This document shows, in pieces, positions 57,373 to 64,000 of a DNA stretch of 64,000 nucleotides. Made by a program: the position numbers and the translations under genes. Origin of the DNA: Microthyrium microscopicum (Eukaryota); assembly GCA_010405405.1 (NCBI GenBank), contig MU004232.1:2313481-2377480 (forward strand). The letters run 5' to 3'. Numbering within the stretch: the first letter of the stretch is position 1; each line of letters begins with the position of its first letter. The notes beneath the pieces are model-generated. The model was not told where the DNA came from. It did no database searches and saw only the letters and a program-made list of their open reading frames with translations.

Positions 57373-60300
57373 ATGCTCACACGAGCAACGAGATCGACTC
57401 TTCGCAAGACTCCAGTACTCCTCTCCAAAGCCGCATGGCCGTATCGAGTCTCAAAATCATTGGGCGCATCGTCAATATGGTTCCACTCCTCTCCACACAC
57501 ATTCGAACCGCACCTTCCCGATAACCCAAAGTCGTCCCATCGAACAGGGGCAAAAGCGAGCCCAACGCGCTCCATCTCAACCGCCGTCGATGGCTTCAAT
57601 TTCTCTGGCTCTCATCACATGCTTCTCGATACCTTGCCTCCTCCTAGTTCCAATATGTCCACTTTCATGCCGCTATGGGATTATACTAGAGGAACTGAGT
57701 TGCATAAAAGGGATGCCCTTCTTGGCCAAAACATCGAAGAGTCACTGAAGAATCTTCGCGCATGTCTAGCTGTTGGCAGGTTCGATCGTGCGGAGGCTAT
57801 ATTCCGTCGACTTGCCAAGCAATCAATATTCAATGTAGCAGAAGTATTGGAGGCCAACAACACATACGTGCGAAGCATGGTACATGGACTTTTCCGGGGC
57901 CAAGATGGAGTCGCCCTCAGGAAATTGCAGATGTGGTTCGAGGTGGACATGAGACAGCTTGGAATTTCCCCAGATGCTACCACACTGGCTCTGATGTGTC
58001 GATCTGCGTTTTTGCTCGCCAGCGAAAAGTCTCGCGACCGGACGTTACGGCGTTATCTATGCATTGCTGAGGAGGCTGGAATACTACACGAGACAATCGA
58101 ATCCGGAGAATACCTCCCGCACGAGTTCAATCAAATCGCTCGAGCCCGGGAAGACCTATTTGAACAATTGCCCGAAGAGGTTGATCAGACGGCCGACGAA
58201 GTACAATTCAGCTCTGCCCCGGTCCCGGCGCCGCCAGCTGTAGTACTGAATCCCGCCTCTCAGCGAGGATACGGACTAGAAACTCTACTTAAGGGCCTCC
58301 GATCTCTTCACACGGACGACAGTGTCGCGCAGTTGGACGACCACCAGCGCAGTAATTGGCAAATCAGCCTAGAAGAGGACATTGTCACAGCAGAACTGGA
58401 GCGCTGGAGACTTGAGCACGCGGCTATACTTAAAATGGGTATCAATCCTGCTTTATCCTCAAAATCCATGGAAGCACTTATGTGGGAGTGGCAGGACAAG
58501 TTGACCAAGGAGATAAAGGCTTACTTATCAAGTATATCCAAAAATTCACCAAAATATGTACATGGCGACGGACCTTATTTGGAGCAAATTGGGCCTCAGA
58601 AGTTAGCTGCTATCACCATCATCGAAACTATCAGGACTTTGACTTGCGAAGGCATTTCCGACGGCGCTCCTGTCTTTCGCGTAACGGACAACTTGGGAAA
58701 ATCTCTTGAGATGCAGAGTTCAGTCGATAATATTCAAAATCGACAAGAAACTAAATTACGGCATGCCAAAAGTGGACAACGAAACAAGATGATGAAAACA
58801 CTTCGAGTCAACAAGGGTATCGAAACGAATTTGGGTAAAGGGGGTCTCATTCCCCTAGAGACAAAGTTAGCTCGAGAACGTCGATCTGACGAATGGCCCA
58901 AGGTTGCTAGGTTTCGAAGTGCGGCATTACTCTTGTCAAAGTTGATCGAAGTGGCCCGGTTCCCCAAAAAACAGACTAATGTGGAGAGTGGAACAAAAGC
59001 ACGTGTGGAGAGCACTCTTGCCTTCTCTCATGCCATTATACGAGTGAACGGGAAGAAAAAGGGAATGCTATACGTTGACCAAGAGCTAGCAAAACGACTT
59101 ACTAAAGAACCTCCGCCATGCAATATGGCTCATCAACTGCCAATGGTTGCTCCACCAGAATCGTGGTCTGATTTCACTGGAGCTTATTTACGATATCCTG
59201 CCAACCTGATGCGATTAAAGGATCCTAGCGGAATTCAAGACATGTATCTTCATGCTGCAATTGAAAATGGCAATCTGGGAAAGGTTTTTGCAGGACTGAA
59301 CGTATTGGGCAAAACGGAATGGCGGATTAACAGAGCAGTATTCGAAGTGATGGCTAATACCTGGAACTCAGGCGAGGCCGTCACAAACTTTCCCGCCTCC
59401 AACCCATCCTTAGAGCTTCCCCAAGAACCTGAGGAATCCGCCATACCATTGACAAAGTTCAAATGGAAGCGAGAATGTCAACGGCTTCAGAATGAGTATA
59501 ACGGCTTCCACTCGAATCGCTGCTATATGAACTTGCAAATGGAAATTGCTCGCGCTTTCCTTGGTCACACGTTCTTTCTCCCACATAACATGGATTTTCG
59601 AGGCCGGGCATATCCAGTTGCTGGTATATTTCATCACATGGGAGCAGACAATGCTCGTGGGCTGTTTCAATTCGCCAAAGGGAAAGCTCTTGGTGAGGAG
59701 GGCCTTTTCTGGCTCAAGGTACATCTCTCTAACACCTTCGGATTCGACAAAGCCAGCTTAGAGGAACGTGCCCAATTTACCATGGATCATCTCGACGATA
59801 TCAAGGATTCTACCCAAAATCCACAGAACGGTCGAAGATGGTGGTTGAAAGCCGATGATCCGTGGCAATGTCTAGCAACATGTTTTGAACTTCTTGCTGC
59901 TATGGAATCACCAGATCCAAAAGAGTACATCTCTCACCTCCCTGTTCATCAGGATGGGACCTGCAATGGGTTACAGCATTACGCTGCTCTTGGTGGTGAC
60001 GAGTTGGGTGCTGCTCAGGTCAACCTCATTCCTAAAGACAGACCAGGTGATATCTATAGCGAGGTTGCGCGGCTAGTCAAGGCAGATGTCGAAAAAGATT
60101 CTGAGGCGGGGAATCCGATCGCGAAGATTCTGCATGGGAAAATTTCCCGGAAGTTGGTCAAACAACCAGTGATGACCTACGTCTATGGTGTTACCTACTT
60201 TGGCGCTCGAGCTCAACTTCAAAAGCGCCTTGATGAGATCATTGTTGATTCTCCAAGCAACGAGATCAGAAATTTTACCATCGCAGTTTATCTCACCAAG

Positions 60301-61536
60301 AAGGTGTTCACTCACTTTGGAACTATGTTTTCTGGCGCAACCAGAATACAACATTGGCTGGCTGAATGCGCTGGCCGCATATCTACCGCCGTCACTCCAG
60401 AACAGGTTGAAAAAATTCGAAAACTCAACATGGAAAAGGAAAGGCAAGCCGGCAAGATACTGAAAAAGAAGGACCACTTTCTCAAGTTCCAGTCTGGAGT
60501 TGTGTGGACGACGCCTTTAAATCTTCCGGTTGTCCAGCCTTATCGCGAAGTCGACAAGACTAAATCAGTAGCTACCGCCTTGCAATCGTTCAACATCTTT
60601 TTTCCCAGTGTCAATGATAGTGTGCACAAGCGCAAGCAGATGGCTGGATTTCCTCCAAACTTTGTCCATTCCCTCGATGCTACACACATGCTACTTTCCG
60701 CACTCAAATGCGATCAGCTCGGTCTCAGCTTTGCGTCTGTCCACGACTCTTTCTGGACACATGCTGCCGATGTGCCAACTATGAGCAGAGCTCTTCGCGA
60801 CGCTTTTGTAGAGATCCATGGCGAAGATGTGATTGGTCGATTGGCTGAGGAGTTCAAGACCCGATACAAGCGGTCCATGTATCGACTATCCTGTCCCTCA
60901 TTGAGTCCACTTGGCCTTCAGATAAGAAAGCTGCGAGCTGAGCGAAGAAAGGGATATGGAAGGGGGAAGAACAACCTTGGAGCTCCCGTCAAGGAAAAGC
61001 TTGGGAGGGATGAGATGATTGATGAATACGATCGTCTTTCACTCCTACAATCCGAAGACCCGGCAGAGAGAGCGAAAGGCGAAGCTATGGTCACCCCAGG
61101 CAGTCTTTTCGCCGCTCTTGGACCTGAACATCATGACCTCTTACATCCCGTTGATCTCCAGAAGTTGCTCAATCCGGAAGACACCTCCGTTGACCACAGC
61201 ATTGATGCCGTCCCTGCTGAAGAACTCGAGGCGGCTTCTCACAACAATATCGACGCCGCTCCCGAAGAAGAGATTGAGGCAGCTTCAGACCACAATATTG
61301 ATGCTGCTCTCGAAGAAGAGATGGAGGCTGCGCCAGACCACAATACCGACGATGCTCCTGAAGAAGAGATTGAGGCAGCCACCGAAGAGCAGAGCGAAGC
61401 AGTCCCCGGGGTGAAAAAGGCCAAAAGACCTCACACCAAGACATACTTCTGGGTACCACTTACCTTCCCCACCGTTCCACAAAAAGGCAGCTTTGATGTT
61501 CAAATCGTCAAGGACAGCACGTATTTCTTTTCATAA
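57373..61536 (+). CDS. RPO41: Mitochondrial T7-like DNA-directed RNA polymerase (intronless)
   Basis: Presequence; DFRGRAYP, HQDGTCNGLQHY, RKLVKQPVMTYVYG, FPPNFVHSLDA, VHDSFWT, C-terminal YFFS. Confidence 0.97.
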   Translation: MLTRATRSTLRKTPVLLSKAAWPYRVSKSLGASSIWFHSSPHTFEPHLPDNPKSSHRTGAKASPTRSISTAVDGFNFSGSHHMLLDTLPPPSSNMSTFMPLWDYTRGTELHKRDALLGQNIEESLKNLRACLAVGRFDRAEAIFRRLAKQSIFNVAEVLEANNTYVRSMVHGLFRGQDGVALRKLQMWFEVDMRQLGISPDATTLALMCRSAFLLASEKSRDRTLRRYLCIAEEAGILHETIESGEYLPHEFNQIARAREDLFEQLPEEVDQTADEVQFSSAPVPAPPAVVLNPASQRGYGLETLLKGLRSLHTDDSVAQLDDHQRSNWQISLEEDIVTAELERWRLEHAAILKMGINPALSSKSMEALMWEWQDKLTKEIKAYLSSISKNSPKYVHGDGPYLEQIGPQKLAAITIIETIRTLTCEGISDGAPVFRVTDNLGKSLEMQSSVDNIQNRQETKLRHAKSGQRNKMMKTLRVNKGIETNLGKGGLIPLETKLARERRSDEWPKVARFRSAALLLSKLIEVARFPKKQTNVESGTKARVESTLAFSHAIIRVNGKKKGMLYVDQELAKRLTKEPPPCNMAHQLPMVAPPESWSDFTGAYLRYPANLMRLKDPSGIQDMYLHAAIENGNLGKVFAGLNVLGKTEWRINRAVFEVMANTWNSGEAVTNFPASNPSLELPQEPEESAIPLTKFKWKRECQRLQNEYNGFHSNRCYMNLQMEIARAFLGHTFFLPHNMDFRGRAYPVAGIFHHMGADNARGLFQFAKGKALGEEGLFWLKVHLSNTFGFDKASLEERAQFTMDHLDDIKDSTQNPQNGRRWWLKADDPWQCLATCFELLAAMESPDPKEYISHLPVHQDGTCNGLQHYAALGGDELGAAQVNLIPKDRPGDIYSEVARLVKADVEKDSEAGNPIAKILHGKISRKLVKQPVMTYVYGVTYFGARAQLQKRLDEIIVDSPSNEIRNFTIAVYLTKKVFTHFGTMFSGATRIQHWLAECAGRISTAVTPEQVEKIRKLNMEKERQAGKILKKKDHFLKFQSGVVWTTPLNLPVVQPYREVDKTKSVATALQSFNIFFPSVNDSVHKRKQMAGFPPNFVHSLDATHMLLSALKCDQLGLSFASVHDSFWTHAADVPTMSRALRDAFVEIHGEDVIGRLAEEFKTRYKRSMYRLSCPSLSPLGLQIRKLRAERRKGYGRGKNNLGAPVKEKLGRDEMIDEYDRLSLLQSEDPAERAKGEAMVTPGSLFAALGPEHHDLLHPVDLQKLLNPEDTSVDHSIDAVPAEELEAASHNNIDAAPEEEIEAASDHNIDAALEEEMEAAPDHNTDDAPEEEIEAATEEQSEAVPGVKKAKRPHTKTYFWVPLTFPTVPQKGSFDVQIVKDSTYFFS
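61192..61383 (+). repeat. 48-bp x4 coding minisatellite (acidic 16-aa unit) in RPO41
   Basis: Units at 61192, 61240, 61288 and 61336; consensus DHNIDAAPEEEIEAAS. Confidence 0.92.
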
Positions 61537-61957
61537 TCCCTCGCTAGGCGTCCCCACTCAACCCAACCTTTCGATTTAAGAAATGTTTTGAATATCTGGG
61601 CTCTGGCGTTCCTGTGTTTCCAGCTCTGTAATACCCCCCATGAATTGTACAAAATAGATGGCTGTGGAAGGCGATTCGATGCGTTTGCTGCATTACATCT
61701 CCTGGTACGGAGACTTGTCTAGACTTTTGCATGTGTTGGCGTTCTCAAGGCTTTCACTTCGCATTTTTGGTGGGCCTTTTCGTGCGACTTTGTATATATG
61801 TACCCTTTAGATAAACCACTTCTAACACGTGTATCAAAAGATGTTTTCAACTATTTCAAATACTGTTCATTCAATCTGCCTATATCTGTATCCTTCCCGC
61901 TGTCCTAATCACAAGCTATAAATTTTTGGACCGTTGTAAATATGGGTATCGATGAGT

Positions 61958-62233
61958 TCAAGAAGTCTTGCAGGCGCATTGCTGTTTTCTGGTGGTGAGT
62001 GCTTTGGATCGGTTTTTGCATTCGATAGACTGTTGCGTTATGGTTAGACTTTGTACAGCGCTACTGGGCGCTGGGTTACGTACCTTGGGGTCCATGCCTT
62101 GGGTGCACATGAAGCCTTCTGCTTGACAGGCAGCGGCGCATGTCATGACAATTGGGTCCATGTTCATTTGTGGTGCTGGGGAAGCTGCGACGAGCGCGGC
62201 GAAGGCGATGGTGAGGACGGCGAAGTATTGCAT
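61958..62233 (-). CDS. Small secreted six-Cys protein (73 aa after splicing intron 62083-62030), effector-like
   Basis: Signal peptide MQYFAVLTIAFAALVAA, SPAP, six Cys; TATATAAG upstream (~62365); GTACGT..CTAAC..CAG intron. Confidence 0.82.
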   Translation of the reverse strand: MQYFAVLTIAFAALVAASPAPQMNMDPIVMTCAAACQAEGFMCTQGMDPKVRNPAPSSAVQSLTITQQSIECKNRSKALTTRKQQCACKTS

Positions 62234-64000
62234 TTTGATGATGATTGGAAAATGGATTGTGGTGGTAGGAATTATGTTGAGTTTGGTATTGTTTGTGTTT
62301 TGGGTATGATGTGAGTGGGTGTATGAGATATATGGTAATATGCAGTACGACAGCGACAGCTTATATACACTTCTGAAGATAGCGAGCTCAGTACCACGAT
62401 CTGTTTGTCAGGGGATTACATCGATTCCTTGATACATCCCTTGACATCCCTTAGGTCCTGCTCGCCACCCTGAGGTAGTGGTTGAGTGTAGATTGATTGC
62501 ATCTGTGATGAAAATAGCAGGGACAAGGATGGCTCGGTGACTTCAAGGGCTTGTGGCCACACAGCGAGGTAGTACTGGATTGTCTGCTTTTTTCTCTTCA
62601 CTGAGATGGAAGGTTGTGAAAATTTGCAAGTGTGATGGAAGTCTCTGTTGACGGTGAGTAGAGAAGCGTAGGGAAGAAAGGGTATTGACATCTAAAGTTA
62701 CTAGACTCAGTTCTTGAAGATGAGTTCAGCCTAATGAAAGTTGCAATAGGTCAACTCTAGGTCAATGTATTCTTATCGAATGTTGGTAAATTAGTCCTAT
62801 TTTGAGGTCAAATTTGCCCTGGAGATATAGATTGGAGCTTGATATTGGATGTAATTATAGGCGACATGCTTCAGCCCCGGTTTAGCAACCTCAGAATTAG
62901 GAACAAGGGAGTTCAAGAAAGCTCTGTTATGGATTCAAGCACAATTGGAGAGCGTTATCGTAATGGGACTCAACCTGGATTCCTGGGGATCTTCCGTCAA
63001 GCTAAATTTTCTCCTTTCACTATTTATATCCATATCTCTCGCCGCCCTTGAGAAGGACGGTTCCATACGGAAGCTCTCAGAGAATGTCCCCGTCGGGCTC
63101 AAAATAACCAAAAAGTCAATTCGTGTCATTACAGACTTTGCTCAGCCGTTGCAGCTCCATTAGGAAAGCAACAGGACTGCTGCTGTTCGATAGCTGTCAT
63201 ATTCAGGTAATTTTGCTTGGTACTGGGCTTATCTTCCTTCAGATGTACCTGTAAATAGCGGGCATCTTTACAGGAAATTGGTATCAGATATTCGAACACA
63301 GTCACAATGGCAAGTTCGCCAAATTCGACAAGCCCATTTTTGTCCAATTCTACTCTACCGCCTTTCACTGACGAGTCTTTGTATGTTAGCTTTCGAAATA
63401 CGCTCTTTTTTGGGTTCAGTGTCTTTCTGAAGGCTTTTGATACAGGCCAATCGGGCTACATGTCGGCTTAAAGTAACATGTACTGGTGTACGATGTGGGG
63501 TGGTGAAAGAGCAGAAATGCAAACAGAATGCTGCTGCCAACGCGCCGCTAAGGCGAGATAACTAAAAGGGCGACAACGGTATTGAGACGGCCAATAACAA
63601 ATGGCAGATCCTTCCGTCTTAGGACTGCATATGTACTCGAAATGCGGGTGTATCAATCGGACGTTGAGATGTCCTTTTTGCTCAGCCTGATGTTTGAGCT
63701 GCGTGAAAGCTCGCCCACTCCTGACTTTTCCACGACGGTTGTGATTCTGGTGCTGCTGGAGAGTGCTCCTTGGCTGCCAGATGTTTGTCAGGATTCCTTT
63801 TCTGACACAACTTACTCTCAAGCCCTATTATTTATCTTTTAAAACTGTTACAACTCTCTACAGCCTACAATCAGAACAATATTGCTTCACTCATTACAGG
63901 ATGCCAGGAGCCTCAAGAGGGCGATTACTACGCATCTTCTGCCAATTGCTCATCTTACCTCTTCTACTCGGAACATGTACTGCCGATGGCATCGCCGTCG

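Noticed and set aside
57373..61536. Phage- or linear-plasmid-derived RNA polymerase
   Set aside because: Has a mitochondrial presequence and the long N-terminal extension of ordinary nuclear RPO41.
62800..64000. Possible minus-strand gene fragments at the window end
   Set aside because: No coherent frame or recognisable motif.
1..64000. tRNA, rRNA, TPP riboswitch or autonomous transposase genes
   Set aside because: None recognised by eye; a covariance-model scan is needed to exclude small RNAs.

Overview
Gene-dense 64 kb of filamentous ascomycete (Pezizomycotina) nuclear DNA, with short GT-AG introns, CTRAC/CTAAT branch points and RIP-like mutations. Conserved genes: ATP25 (N-domain only), NMD3, a split biotin pathway (bioDA at 13.7-16.2 kb; bioB and bioF at 31.8-34.5 kb), a 3xKH RNA-binding protein, CENP-K, a Grainyhead/CP2 transcription factor, ARC1, a GH85 ENGase, an F-box protein, a P450, PPG1-type phosphatase, Rho-GDI, a Bqt4-like KilA-N protein and mitochondrial RNA polymerase RPO41. 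Also present are orphans, two small secreted proteins and an epimerase pseudogene. Top observation: two ~200-nt spliceosomal introns in unrelated genes (35923-36123 and 46693-46882) are homologous end to end, which suggests an introner-like mobile intron family. Other highlights: two copies of an unrecognised MITE (one in a P450 intron with a 3-bp TSD), a RIP-marked 179-bp tandem triplication, three decaying tandem CxCH/CxxxCxxC paralogs, an Arc1 with an in-frame mitochondrial-presequence-like extension, and an ATP25 lacking its C-terminal domain. All gene models and alignments were made by eye; no database search was run.
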